From: an uncultured Candidatus Saccharibacteria bacterium
Lineage (GTDB): Bacteria; Patescibacteriota; Minisyncoccia; Phycocordibacterales; UBA9973
Assembly (NCBI GenBank): GCA_964474435.1
Contig: CAYYSI010000001.1
Span: 190,647 to 254,646, forward strand
Reading direction: 5' to 3'
Length of the DNA: 64,000 nt
Position 1 is the stretch's first letter. Every line of letters starts with the position of its first letter. Both the position numbers and the translations under genes were made by a program. A model generated the notes under the pieces. The model did not search any database. It was not told the DNA's origin and worked only from the letters and a program-made list of their open reading frames with translations. Shown here piece after piece: positions 9,420 to 18,792 of this stretch.

Positions 9420-10157
9420 ATGTTTAAATCTCACACTCCAAATCTCCATATTAATCTTGAAAAGCCGGCCGGTTATCCGGATCGATTCGTCACTCCCGAA
9501 CCCAACCGCTCATGGGAAGTACGCTATCCAGAATATATTCCACCATACTATATTGACCCAAAAGTCCTTATACAAGGCATAGAGAAAGGATGGGCTGATC
9601 CAGAAGATATCTCAGCAATTGAAAAAAGGGGCTGGAGCAGAAATTATGAAGTAAACATAGATGAAGAAGGGTTTCCGCTTAACCCAAAAGGAAGAACAGG
9701 TATTAAGGGTCGAGGCCTTTTGGGAAAATGGGGAGCAAATTATGCAGTAGATATTCTTGTCTCAAGAACTACAGATAAGGGGAGGGAATACCTACTTATT
9801 AAGCGAACAGACAATCATCAATATGCATTTGTTGGAGGAATGGTTGATGGTGATGAATCAGATATCAGAGCAGCAGAGCGAGAGCTCGGAGAAGAAGTAC
9901 ATTTAGATATTCCACTTGAAAAAGCTGAGGTTATTGAGAAGGGATATGCAAATGATTTTAGGAATACTGACAATGCATGGATAGAAACAACAGTCTTTCA
10001 TATGGACGTAACTAATACTAACTATGTAACCCCTCGAGCAGATGATGATGCAGAATCTCTCGAATGGGTACCCGAAGAAAGCATACCTACCCTCAAAATG
10101 CATAGTAATCATCATCAAGTACTTGAGTCATTTATAAAAAATCATGCAAGAAATTAA
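9420..10157 (+). CDS. NUDT9-like ADP-ribose pyrophosphatase (Nudix)
   Basis: NPKGRTG.KGRGLLGKWGAN, Nudix box GGMVD...AERELGEE, RNTDNAWIET; start MFKSH at 9420. Confidence 0.88.
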   Translation: MFKSHTPNLHINLEKPAGYPDRFVTPEPNRSWEVRYPEYIPPYYIDPKVLIQGIEKGWADPEDISAIEKRGWSRNYEVNIDEEGFPLNPKGRTGIKGRGLLGKWGANYAVDILVSRTTDKGREYLLIKRTDNHQYAFVGGMVDGDESDIRAAERELGEEVHLDIPLEKAEVIEKGYANDFRNTDNAWIETTVFHMDVTNTNYVTPRADDDAESLEWVPEESIPTLKMHSNHHQVLESFIKNHARN

Positions 10158-10614
10158 AGCCCCAAACAACATTCCAGAGTCACCTAATATGAAAATATTT
10201 CTCGCAGGAAGTATTGAGATGGGTACAGCAGATAATTGGCAAAACATTGTAAGTGAAAAACTTAAAGATGAGGCAGTACTACTTCTAAATCCTCGAAGAG
10301 ATATATGGGATACCACATGGGAACAATCGAAACAGAATCCTGCATTCCGTGAACAAGTTGAGTGGGAACTTGATGCGCTGACAAGAAGTGATTACATCAT
10401 TTTATACTTCGATAAAAATACAAAGTCCCCGATCTCGCTCCTTGAGATGGGACTATTCGCACAAAGCGGAAAACTGCTCATTATCTGTCCAGAGGGGTTT
10501 TGGCGGAAAGGGAATGTTGATATTGTCTCTGAAAAATACGGGGCTCTGCAGTTTCGGACACTTGATGATGCACTCGAATATCTTACTCCTTTCATTCGGA
10601 CCTTCCAGATATAG
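10144..10614 (+). CDS. Nucleoside 2-deoxyribosyltransferase-like protein (Nuc_deoxyri_tr2 type)
   Basis: IFLAGSI, WQ, NPRR, QVEWEL, SPISLLEMG, FWRKGNV. Confidence 0.85.
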   Translation: MQEIKAPNNIPESPNMKIFLAGSIEMGTADNWQNIVSEKLKDEAVLLLNPRRDIWDTTWEQSKQNPAFREQVEWELDALTRSDYIILYFDKNTKSPISLLEMGLFAQSGKLLIICPEGFWRKGNVDIVSEKYGALQFRTLDDALEYLTPFIRTFQI

Positions 10615-10737
10615 AGATATATTTGACTTTTAGATAAAATTATGGTACTATTACCATAATGCCTTTGCTCTTTTACAGAGTATAGATTGGTTTCCACAGC
10701 ATCTTTACGGGATTGTGGTAACCAATCTATACACACA

Positions 10738-12129
10738 ATGCAAAACAACACATATGACGTACTCATTATCGGAGTCGGCGCCAGTGGAAGCGCACTTGCT
10801 TATACACTATGCCGATATACCAATATCAAGCGCATAGTTGTTGTAGAAAAATACGATAAACCAGGACAGGTTAATACCAAAGCATCAAATAATAGTCAAA
10901 CACTGCACGTTGGAGATATCGAAACAAACTACACTATCGACAAGGTACGCACGGTCAAACCGGCGTCCATGATGACAGTAGCGTATGCAAACATGCTTCC
11001 ATCTGCAGAACGAAACAAGATTCTTAAGGTATTACCTAAGATGGTTCTTGGGATCGGCACTGAAGTACCCTTACTCGAACAACGCTTTAATGAATTGCGA
11101 CCACTGTTTCCTGAATTACAAAAATTGTATGGGCCTGATATTGCCAAGATTGAACCAAACATAATGAATGGTCGCAATCCTGATGAAAAAATCATCGCGC
11201 TCTACAATCCAATTGGGTACGCAGTTGATTTTGAGTACCTATCTCAATCATTTATAACTGAAGCACAAAAGTGCAATTCGGAGATTGATATACGGTACCA
11301 AAGCGAAGTACAGCAAATTGAGAAATGTGATGATGGTCTCTATATGGTGCATATTAAAGGAGATATATCTCTTCGTGCAAAAGTTGTAATAGTTGATGCA
11401 GATTCATATAGCCTCCTTTTTGCAAAACAATTAGGATACGGCATGGAGTATTCACTCATTCCTATTGGAGGAACATTCTATTTCACAGAGCAGTTACTTC
11501 AAAGCAAAGTCTATACAGTGCAAAAACCAGGATTACCTTTTGCAGCAGCACACGGCGATCCTGATTTACATCATCCAAATCTGACACGATGGGGACCAAC
11601 TGCACGGTTTTATCCTGCGCTTGAGAGTCACAAGTTCGGCACGAGCGGAGATTATTTCCGTTCTTCTGGACTAAATCGAATGCGTACCTGGAAAAGTTTT
11701 TTCTCTATCTTACTTAAAAAGGTTATGCGAAAGTATCTCTTTGCAAATATGCTCTACGAATTGCCTGTATTGGGGAAGTGGATGTTTGTTTCAAAAAACA
11801 TTCGTAAGATTATTCCTACCATACGCAACAAAGACGTACGCATTGCAAAAGGATACGGTGGCATGCGATTGCAACGAGTAGATACTCGAACCCATGAATT
11901 ACAGCTTGGGGAAGGGAAGATTGTTGGAAATAATATTATCTTCAACATGACTCCGTCACCTGGTGCAAGTGTCGCACTCTACAATGCGTATCGTGATGCT
12001 GAACAAATTACCACTTTCCTCGGAGAACAGTTTCTGTTTTCTAAAGAGGATATGGAGCATGACCTGATTACAAGCCAGACTATCGATCATTCAATCTCAG
12101 TTTCGCTTCCTGTAGGGTATGCGTCATAA
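10738..12129 (+). CDS. mqo: FAD-dependent malate:quinone oxidoreductase-like protein (epsilon-proteobacterial type)
   Basis: FAD-binding IIGVGASG, NSQTLHVGDIETNY, LPFAAAHGDPD, NMTPSPGAS. Confidence 0.7.
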   Translation: MQNNTYDVLIIGVGASGSALAYTLCRYTNIKRIVVVEKYDKPGQVNTKASNNSQTLHVGDIETNYTIDKVRTVKPASMMTVAYANMLPSAERNKILKVLPKMVLGIGTEVPLLEQRFNELRPLFPELQKLYGPDIAKIEPNIMNGRNPDEKIIALYNPIGYAVDFEYLSQSFITEAQKCNSEIDIRYQSEVQQIEKCDDGLYMVHIKGDISLRAKVVIVDADSYSLLFAKQLGYGMEYSLIPIGGTFYFTEQLLQSKVYTVQKPGLPFAAAHGDPDLHHPNLTRWGPTARFYPALESHKFGTSGDYFRSSGLNRMRTWKSFFSILLKKVMRKYLFANMLYELPVLGKWMFVSKNIRKIIPTIRNKDVRIAKGYGGMRLQRVDTRTHELQLGEGKIVGNNIIFNMTPSPGASVALYNAYRDAEQITTFLGEQFLFSKEDMEHDLITSQTIDHSISVSLPVGYAS

Positions 12130-12226
12130 AAAAACTACAATACCAACCTTCTGGGTTGGTATTTTTTATACATAAATAAAAAAGCTCATCATAAAGATGA
12201 GCTTCAGTATTAATTAGTTACTACTT

Positions 12227-13216
12227 TCAATGAGCATACTCTGCTGAAAACTTTTCATACAGTTTTGCTCCAAGTATTTCCATCCGCGCCAATCCCTCTG
12301 TTTTTTCCAATAAAAACTGTGGAAGAGAATCGAGTCCGTATTTTCCTGCCGCAATACCAGTTGATACAGCTGCGAGTGAGTCCACGTCACCACCCATATT
12401 GATACTGTTTTGAAGAGCTTCAAATGCTGATGAACTATGCTTTAACACATAGACGATATTGAGCGCCGTCTTCATTGCTGCACAAGGCAAACCATAGACA
12501 TTTGGGTCCCATTTAACATACGGAATCGGCTGTGTTCCATGAAGAACTAGGTAGTCCTCTTCGGTGAGTTTTTTAGGCGCAGGCAGTGCATCGATTTTTT
12601 CGAGGCTTTCTCTAGTATTAGAATCCTCAAGATAACACTTCAAAAAAGGGATGAGTTCATTAGCAGCACTATTATCTCTTAGGAAATGCCAGGCTACTAA
12701 TACTGTCAGCAGACTTGCTCTTCTTCCCATATCATTTGGATGAGTAGCATTTGCATTGATCTCAGCGTACCTATGAACGTCATGACGTCGTATGAATGCA
12801 AAAGGAAGCGCTCTCATTACAGGAGCATTACCTGGATCATCGCGTTCAGCTTGAGCTTTCCGGATCTCATCAATTTTTTTCTTGCCCGTATACCAATCCT
12901 CAATTGAACCATGTCCTTCACGTGGATAACCCTTTGCTTGCTTGTCAGTTTCGTACTCCTGCTTAAACTTTCTCAATAAAAGTTCAGCAGAAAATTTTTC
13001 TTCGGCAAGCAATGCTTCTACCACTGCTATAGTGTGCTCAGTGTCGTCTGAGTAAGTTCCCGGAAGTATCTTATTTTTTCCTCCCTTCCATTCATTTACA
13101 TATGTATCGAAATGAACGTTTTCTTTAATCCATGGACGACTTTTGAATTCAATACCAACACCAAATGCATCGCCAATGGCCACACCTTTTAAACTATTGA
13201 TAATACTTTGTTTCAT
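12227..13216 (-). CDS. ADP-ribosylglycohydrolase (DraG/ARH3 family)
   Basis: GDAFG, SDDTE, GNAPVMR, TH, GGDVDS. Confidence 0.92.
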   Translation of the reverse strand: MKQSIINSLKGVAIGDAFGVGIEFKSRPWIKENVHFDTYVNEWKGGKNKILPGTYSDDTEHTIAVVEALLAEEKFSAELLLRKFKQEYETDKQAKGYPREGHGSIEDWYTGKKKIDEIRKAQAERDDPGNAPVMRALPFAFIRRHDVHRYAEINANATHPNDMGRRASLLTVLVAWHFLRDNSAANELIPFLKCYLEDSNTRESLEKIDALPAPKKLTEEDYLVLHGTQPIPYVKWDPNVYGLPCAAMKTALNIVYVLKHSSSAFEALQNSINMGGDVDSLAAVSTGIAAGKYGLDSLPQFLLEKTEGLARMEILGAKLYEKFSAEYAH

Positions 13217-13232
13217 TTTATTAAAGTTTTAT

Positions 13233-13269
13233 TTGTGTAAATACTACAACTTATTCTTGACTTTGTCAA
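13233..13269 (-). promoter_or_regulatory. Promoter of the ADP-ribosylglycohydrolase gene overlapped by a degenerate NrtR-type operator
   Basis: TTGACA-N17-TAGTAT (13269-13241); TTGTGTA-AATAC-TACAACT at 13233-13251. Confidence 0.55.
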
Positions 13270-13300
13270 AGAAAAAAGGTAGGGTTAAGAAAAAAATAAT

Positions 13301-13759
13301 ATGGAAGCAAAACTTACGGTACATTCAAGAAAATCAGAAAAAAGGTATGACTTTTCATTCAGAATTTATAAATCTGAAAAGGTAGACGATTTACAAATTG
13401 AACCAGGGTTTTATGAGCAACATTCTTCACTTCCTGAGGGTATACACTACGAAATAGAGATTATTTCTCCTGACATTAAAAGTTTTCCGTATGCTAAAAA
13501 GATTCATTATCACACTTCAGCAAAGAGTTCAAAAGACTTTATTTGCTGGACTGGGAGTATATCTTCGACACAACAAGTGGTAGGACTAGTTAGCATGTGG
13601 GCCGCAGGTTCTGTACATACCATAGAAACAGGGGAGGATTTTGCGAAGCTTTATAAAAGGCATAATATAAACCTCACAGACCATAGAACTCTTGTGTATT
13701 TACTGAAGAGTGAGCAGTATGGGATCGACATCCCAAAGAGCTCATATAGATTTTTATAA
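13301..13759 (+). CDS. Hypothetical protein
   Basis: 152-aa ORF followed by terminator hairpin AAAGGCTATCG...CGATAGCCTTT. Confidence 0.7.
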   Translation: MEAKLTVHSRKSEKRYDFSFRIYKSEKVDDLQIEPGFYEQHSSLPEGIHYEIEIISPDIKSFPYAKKIHYHTSAKSSKDFICWTGSISSTQQVVGLVSMWAAGSVHTIETGEDFAKLYKRHNINLTDHRTLVYLLKSEQYGIDIPKSSYRFL

Positions 13760-13855
13760 GTAAATATAAAAAAGGCTATCGATATTACGATAGCCTTTGT
13801 TTTTTATTCAACTTCTTTTTCAATAGCTTCAGAAAACTTTTGGGGTGCGTATTTT

Positions 13856-14302
13856 GTGAGTATACCTACTAGTGCTGACTTCACAAATCATTATCGTGAA
13901 CTAGATACGATGAATCGTTTTAGCGCATTTCATGGGTATTTTTCAATTTATGAATCAACAATAAGAGTGTTGGTAAATATTATAGATCCACTAGCTTGTA
14001 ATAACGGTAAGGCAAATTTTAATAGTGTTCTAAACTGGCTTGTTGCCAGAACCAGATTTAATCAAAGATATAATGACTTTCTTGAGTTATTACGTTTAAC
14101 GAGAAACACTGTTCATCATAATGGAGTTTATAGGCCAGAAAGGGGAGGTGACAAAGTCATTCCTTATAAAGGAGGAGTATATGAATTCAATATAGGACAA
14201 CCTATCATTTTTGCTGGCTGGGAATTTATGATAATGCTACAAAATGATCTCATTGAATTCTTTTTAGAACTAGTGGAAGAACCTGTAATCACTAATATTT
14301 AG
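13856..14302 (+). pseudogene. HEPN-motif protein, probably 5'-truncated
   Basis: RNTVHH (Rx4H) in a helical context; weak GTG start; frame stays open upstream through a terminator. Confidence 0.5.
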
Positions 14303-14359
14303 AAGATTTAGCTAAGAGAAACCTCCGGCTTTTGTTGTCTTCGTTATTCTCCCTATACA

Positions 14360-14387
14360 GTGTCGTAAAAGATATATTGTGCGACGT
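14360..14387. other. dif-like Xer recombination site
   Basis: 11-6-11 imperfect palindrome GTGTCGTAAAA-GATATA-TTGTGCGACGT at the island/core boundary. Confidence 0.6.
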
Positions 14388-14448
14388 TACTATATTTTAG
14401 AGGATAGACCGACAAGGCCCTTCTCCCTCTCGATATTGGGGTTGAAAT

Positions 14449-15372
14449 CTACTTGGCTTGATACCACACCAAACATGCATTGAACGCTGCAACTTGTGCG
14501 TTATACTGTTTAATTTTTTCTTGAGAAATAACGAGTGCCGTGTTGTACTCGGCAACCATGGCATTGAACGCTGTGACACGAGCCTTGTACTCGTTCCCTC
14601 GTGGTCGATCAGGACCTTCGAGAATAGCCTTTTCGGTAGCGATAGTTGCTTGGCGTTGTTTGAGGTCTTTGTTGATACTATCAATCGATACCTTGAGTGA
14701 TGTACTGATCACAGGGCATGCGCTGCGCGTCGTGCCGAAATGCTGTACCGCAAACCACACGTCGCGACCTTGGTATGTACCTTTGGCAGCGTAGACACCG
14801 ATCTCTTGGTAGTTAGGGTTCAAAATATTTGCACGATGGCCGGCACTGTTCATCCATGCTTCAACAACATCATCGCCGTCCACGAAGTTGCCCAGCGCAA
14901 GATTCTCACCCATGACGACATAACTGTATCCAACCTTTGCCCCAAGATCTGACACCCCTTCACCGGTTGGTGAAATGTGTTCAAAGTATTGGCGCGTGAT
15001 CATGTCATTGGTTTTGATTGTCGCAGAGCTTACGAGTTTGGGATTGAGTGTCAGTGGTGGTAGGCCTGCCGCGATACGTTCGCGATTTGTTGCATCCACG
15101 ATGTTGTTGGTCGAGAGTGCAGTACTCATTTCTGTGGACTGACTTCCCTTGTCTGCTGGCGGTTTGACCCCGCTGAAATACTCTATGATGCTCGATGGTG
15201 TCAGTGGATCTGCTTTGTTGGTGTCTTGTACCAACGCAGGGGTTGGTGCTGTTTCTATGAACATGCCGAGCACGCGATCAGTAACCCTATTTGCAAGGTC
15301 GGGTTTTGCAATCGTGATGACCAAGAGGCCGATGGCGACGCTAATGAAAATGTTACTGAAAAATGATCGCAT
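14449..15372 (-). CDS. CAP/SCP-domain membrane-anchored protein
   Basis: N-terminal TM, TNRER, YFEH, GENLA, WMNSAGHRANIL. Confidence 0.9.
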   Translation of the reverse strand: MRSFFSNIFISVAIGLLVITIAKPDLANRVTDRVLGMFIETAPTPALVQDTNKADPLTPSSIIEYFSGVKPPADKGSQSTEMSTALSTNNIVDATNRERIAAGLPPLTLNPKLVSSATIKTNDMITRQYFEHISPTGEGVSDLGAKVGYSYVVMGENLALGNFVDGDDVVEAWMNSAGHRANILNPNYQEIGVYAAKGTYQGRDVWFAVQHFGTTRSACPVISTSLKVSIDSINKDLKQRQATIATEKAILEGPDRPRGNEYKARVTAFNAMVAEYNTALVISQEKIKQYNAQVAAFNACLVWYQAK

Positions 15373-15374
15373 AG

Positions 15375-15785
15375 TTAGCACTGAGCTGGCGTGTACCCCT
15401 GCAGCGTAGCATCTTCGGCTGTTTGAAACCAGATGAGATTTTCGGGTTTGATGCGATCGAGCCCGGCACAGCCTGGCGTGTAGTATTTGGTGCCATTTTT
15501 TGAGCCTGCAAATGCGCCTTGTGTACCTGGAGAGGTATCGGGAGTAGTAGTATCTGCACTTGTAGAAACTCCTGCTACAGCTGGTACTGATGCCTCCTTT
15601 CCAGCAGCAAGCGTCTGGGTAGGAATGGCAAGTCGAGAAAGGACTCTCTCATTACAAGCCAGTGTCACACCTCCCCCACCCTCTTGTTTGCCGTATAACA
15701 TTCCAACATAAAAAGACAATCCGGCAATAGCTACAATACAGATCACAAAAAATGTCCTATAGTATTTGGTCAGAAATTGAGCCAT
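15375..15785 (-). CDS. Membrane-anchored protein with an Ada metal-binding-like C-terminal domain
   Basis: N-terminal TM; GSKNGTKYY..C...IK.EN..F....A...GY. Confidence 0.75.
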   Translation of the reverse strand: MAQFLTKYYRTFFVICIVAIAGLSFYVGMLYGKQEGGGGVTLACNERVLSRLAIPTQTLAAGKEASVPAVAGVSTSADTTTPDTSPGTQGAFAGSKNGTKYYTPGCAGLDRIKPENLIWFQTAEDATLQGYTPAQC

Positions 15786-15865
15786 ATACCTACAGTATAT
15801 CCTAGCTCTTCCCCTACCCCCAAACGCGTTGACAGAGAGCCTGCTCTAGGCTATGATATGCGTCT

Positions 15866-16141
15866 ATGGCACATAAGAAAGCCCAAGGAGCGGCTAAAAA
15901 CCTCACGGATTCAAATCCACAATATCTCGGTACCAAGCTCTATGATGGTCAATTTGCGACCTCAGGATCTATTATCGTGCGCCAGCGCGGCACCAAGATC
16001 CTCGCAGGCACCTCAGTCGGTATCGGCAAGGACCACACTCTCTACGCACTCAAGGACGGCACGGTGAAGTTCACGAGTAAGCGCAAGCAAAACTTCGATG
16101 GAACAACATCTGTTCGCAAGCAAGCAAACATTCTCGGATAA
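15866..16141 (+). CDS. rpmA: 50S ribosomal protein L27
   Basis: [24 protein letters not shown]. Confidence 0.97.
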   Translation: MAHKKAQGAAKNLTDSNPQYLGTKLYDGQFATSGSIIVRQRGTKILAGTSVGIGKDHTLYALKDGTVKFTSKRKQNFDGTTSVRKQANILG

Positions 16142-16173
16142 TACATAAAAAACTTCTCGATCTGAGAAGTTTT

Positions 16174-16620
16174 TTATTGTTTAACCAATTCGATGGTGAA
16201 GTCTGCGGTGTATCCATCATCGGCAACATGGATCGTATGCATCCCGAGCGTTTTGATCGGACCATCAGTTAGTTTAAGGATTGCTGGATCAATACTGATG
16301 CGATGTTTCTCTGACAAGTATGCTGCAATGTCGGCTTCATGAATTTTGGAAAAGAGACTTCCCTGCTCATTTGCACGGACGAGCATGGTGAGCTGCACAC
16401 CATTGAGATCCTTGATCGCAGCATCGAGCAAGTGATGTCGTACCTGCTTTTCGGCAACGACGTTTTGTTTGCGACGTGCGACTGACTCGAGTGCGGCAGG
16501 AGTAGCAAGTATGGCGAGCTTTTTAGGAAAGAGTGAGTGTTGTGCAAAGCCAGCGGCAACTTCAACCACTTGATCTTTGGTACCAACTTTTGGGACTGAC
16601 TTGAGGAGAATAACTTTCAT
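16174..16620 (-). CDS. rplI: 50S ribosomal protein L9
   Basis: MKVILL, VAAGFA, GSLF, IKTLG. Confidence 0.93.
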   Translation of the reverse strand: MKVILLKSVPKVGTKDQVVEVAAGFAQHSLFPKKLAILATPAALESVARRKQNVVAEKQVRHHLLDAAIKDLNGVQLTMLVRANEQGSLFSKIHEADIAAYLSEKHRISIDPAILKLTDGPIKTLGMHTIHVADDGYTADFTIELVKQ

Positions 16621-16622
16621 AA

Positions 16623-17858
16623 TTACTTATTGAACAATCCGATTGCAGTTTCGAGCTGGGCATCTTTGCCGTCTTTGAGTTCGGTAAACGGGATTTTCAC
16701 GGTCGGTGTGAGTCCACTATCTGAGATAGACGTTCCTTTTGGCGTGTACCATTTTGCAATCGTTACCTTCAATGATGTGTCCCTTGTGAGCTTGATGACT
16801 TCTTGGACGGAGCCCTTGCCATATGTTTGCTCGCCAACAAGCACGCCGATCCCCTGCTCTGACAATGCACCAGCAAGAATTTCTGATGCTGAAGCAGAGC
16901 CTTTGTCTGCAAGAATGATGAGTTTTGATTTCTTGGGGAATAAGAGTGGACCACTACTCGTGTGCACACTAACGTCCTTGGGATCTTTGCCTATTTCTTT
17001 GACGATCGTTTCGCCTTCCGGAATGAACCACCCGCCAATCGTCACTGCCGCATCGAGATATCCGCCAGGATTGCCACGCAGGTCAAGAAGGAGGTTTGGG
17101 TACCCAGAAGCAACGTATTCTTGGAGTGCCTGATGGAAGAGTTGTGGTGATTGTGCCGAAAAATTATAGAGATGAATGATGAAAGTCTTTTGATCAGGAC
17201 GACTTTCGGTGTCGACTGTTGGGAGGTCGATTTGTTCACGGACGACGTCATACTTTTTGGGTGCTGCAAGTCCTTCTCGAACAACAGTGATTGCAACACT
17301 GGTACCTGCCTTGCCGCGAATAAGCGTGATCGCCTTGTCGATCGTAAGGTCGTTGGTTGTAGTGTCATCGATTTTTACGATCTTGTCGCCACTTTTGATA
17401 CCAGCTCGATCCGCAGGAGTATTCTTGAGTGGTGCGATGACGGTCAGCACACCATCCTTTTGGCCGATCTCGATTCCGATACCGTTAAATGTACCAGAAA
17501 TTTCACTTTCAAAAATAGAATTTTCTGATGGTGGGAAGAAGGTCGTATACGGATCATTGAATGAGCCAAGCATGCCCTTGATCGCGCCGTACATGCGGTC
17601 TTGGCTACTTATTTTATCTGCACCAGCAAATTTCTCATCAACGATTGCCCATGCCTTCCAAAACGGATCAAAGTCAGTCGTCGCAGTGACCGCTGATTCT
17701 TTGTGAATGACTCCCGTGATCTTGTCAGTAGCAGGACGGTTTTGATAGCCGATGTACACTCCACCAAAAAAGATCCCAACGACGACAATGATGCCGACAA
17801 ATAGTTTGACCCCCGTTGTCACATGTCCGCCGCGTTGTGTTGTTTCAATGTTATCCAT
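16623..17858 (-). CDS. ctpA: Carboxy-terminal processing protease (S41, PDZ)
   Basis: DPYT, GIG, PDZ, DLRGNPGG, SASASEI, GKGSVQ. Confidence 0.92.
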   Translation of the reverse strand: MDNIETTQRGGHVTTGVKLFVGIIVVVGIFFGGVYIGYQNRPATDKITGVIHKESAVTATTDFDPFWKAWAIVDEKFAGADKISSQDRMYGAIKGMLGSFNDPYTTFFPPSENSIFESEISGTFNGIGIEIGQKDGVLTVIAPLKNTPADRAGIKSGDKIVKIDDTTTNDLTIDKAITLIRGKAGTSVAITVVREGLAAPKKYDVVREQIDLPTVDTESRPDQKTFIIHLYNFSAQSPQLFHQALQEYVASGYPNLLLDLRGNPGGYLDAAVTIGGWFIPEGETIVKEIGKDPKDVSVHTSSGPLLFPKKSKLIILADKGSASASEILAGALSEQGIGVLVGEQTYGKGSVQEVIKLTRDTSLKVTIAKWYTPKGTSISDSGLTPTVKIPFTELKDGKDAQLETAIGLFNK

Positions 17859-18069
17859 GGAGTGTTGTTGGTTCATCTACCGGTGCCGTTGTATTGCGAG
17901 ATTCAAATTTCATTTTCTTGTACGCATAGCGCAATCGAAATACGATATAGACAATACCGCACCCGATCAGGACTGTGAGGACGGTCTTCCAACTGCGTGG
18001 AATCCCCAAAAGCGGCATACAAATGAGCACAATGCCCGTCCAAAATAATAGTCGTAGTTTGCCTACCAT
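17851..18069 (-). CDS. Small two-TM membrane protein
   Basis: Hydrophobic 72-aa ORF (PLLGIP..WK) filling the gap between rsmI and ctpA. Confidence 0.7.
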   Translation of the reverse strand: MVGKLRLLFWTGIVLICMPLLGIPRSWKTVLTVLIGCGIVYIVFRLRYAYKKMKFESRNTTAPVDEPTTLHG

Positions 18070-18073
18070 GAGG

Positions 18074-18790
18074 CTATTGTACCAAAGATTCCCGGTGATG
18101 TCTTGGTGCTACAACGATCACAAATTCACCTCGAACCTTGTCAGCGTGCTCGGTATAATATGCAAGATGTGCTGCAGCCGTTGCCACAGGATATTCCTCA
18201 AATGCCTTGGTCATTTCGCGTCCGATCATGATAGGTCGCTCTCCGAGATACTCTGCAAGTGACTCTAGTGCCTTGAGAATACGATGCGGGGATTCGTACA
18301 TCACAACTGTGTGCTCTGTATCTCGTATCTTTTCAAAAAGTGTTTGACGACCCTTTTTGTGTGGCAAAAATCCAAGGAATTCAAAATGATTGCCAGGGAA
18401 TCCTGATACCGACAACGCTGCCACAACTGCTGCTGGCCCTGGGATCGGTACGACACTTGCCTCTGGGTACATAGCCCGGAATTCGTGTATAAAAAGTGAT
18501 CCTGGGTCTGAAATAGCCGGAGTCCCTGCATCGGTCACGAGGACAATATGCTCGTGCTCTCTACAGCGCTCCAGAGCCTTGGTGAGGGCTGTGTCGCTGC
18601 TCTGGGCATGACTTGATACGAACTCCTTCTTCGCTGCCTGATTCTCTTGAATAGCGAGCAATTTGAGCAACTGCCCCGTCGTGCGAGTATCCTCTGCCAC
18701 AACCAATGTCGCCTCTGTGAGCACTTCCCTCGCCCGTTCGGAGATGTCCTTGAGATTGCCTATAGGAGTTGCGAGGACTGATAACATCAT
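18074..18790 (-). CDS. rsmI: 16S rRNA C1402 2'-O-methyltransferase
   Basis: ATPIGNL, AEDTR, DAGTPAISDPG, YESPHR, REMTK. Confidence 0.95.
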   Translation of the reverse strand: MMLSVLATPIGNLKDISERAREVLTEATLVVAEDTRTTGQLLKLLAIQENQAAKKEFVSSHAQSSDTALTKALERCREHEHIVLVTDAGTPAISDPGSLFIHEFRAMYPEASVVPIPGPAAVVAALSVSGFPGNHFEFLGFLPHKKGRQTLFEKIRDTEHTVVMYESPHRILKALESLAEYLGERPIMIGREMTKAFEEYPVATAAAHLAYYTEHADKVRGEFVIVVAPRHHRESLVQ

Positions 18791-18792
18791 AT

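Noticed and set aside
13301-14302. Read-through fusion of the two same-frame ORFs across the TAA at 13757
   Set aside because: A strong terminator hairpin follows the stop and TAA is the normal stop here; the shared frame is likely chance
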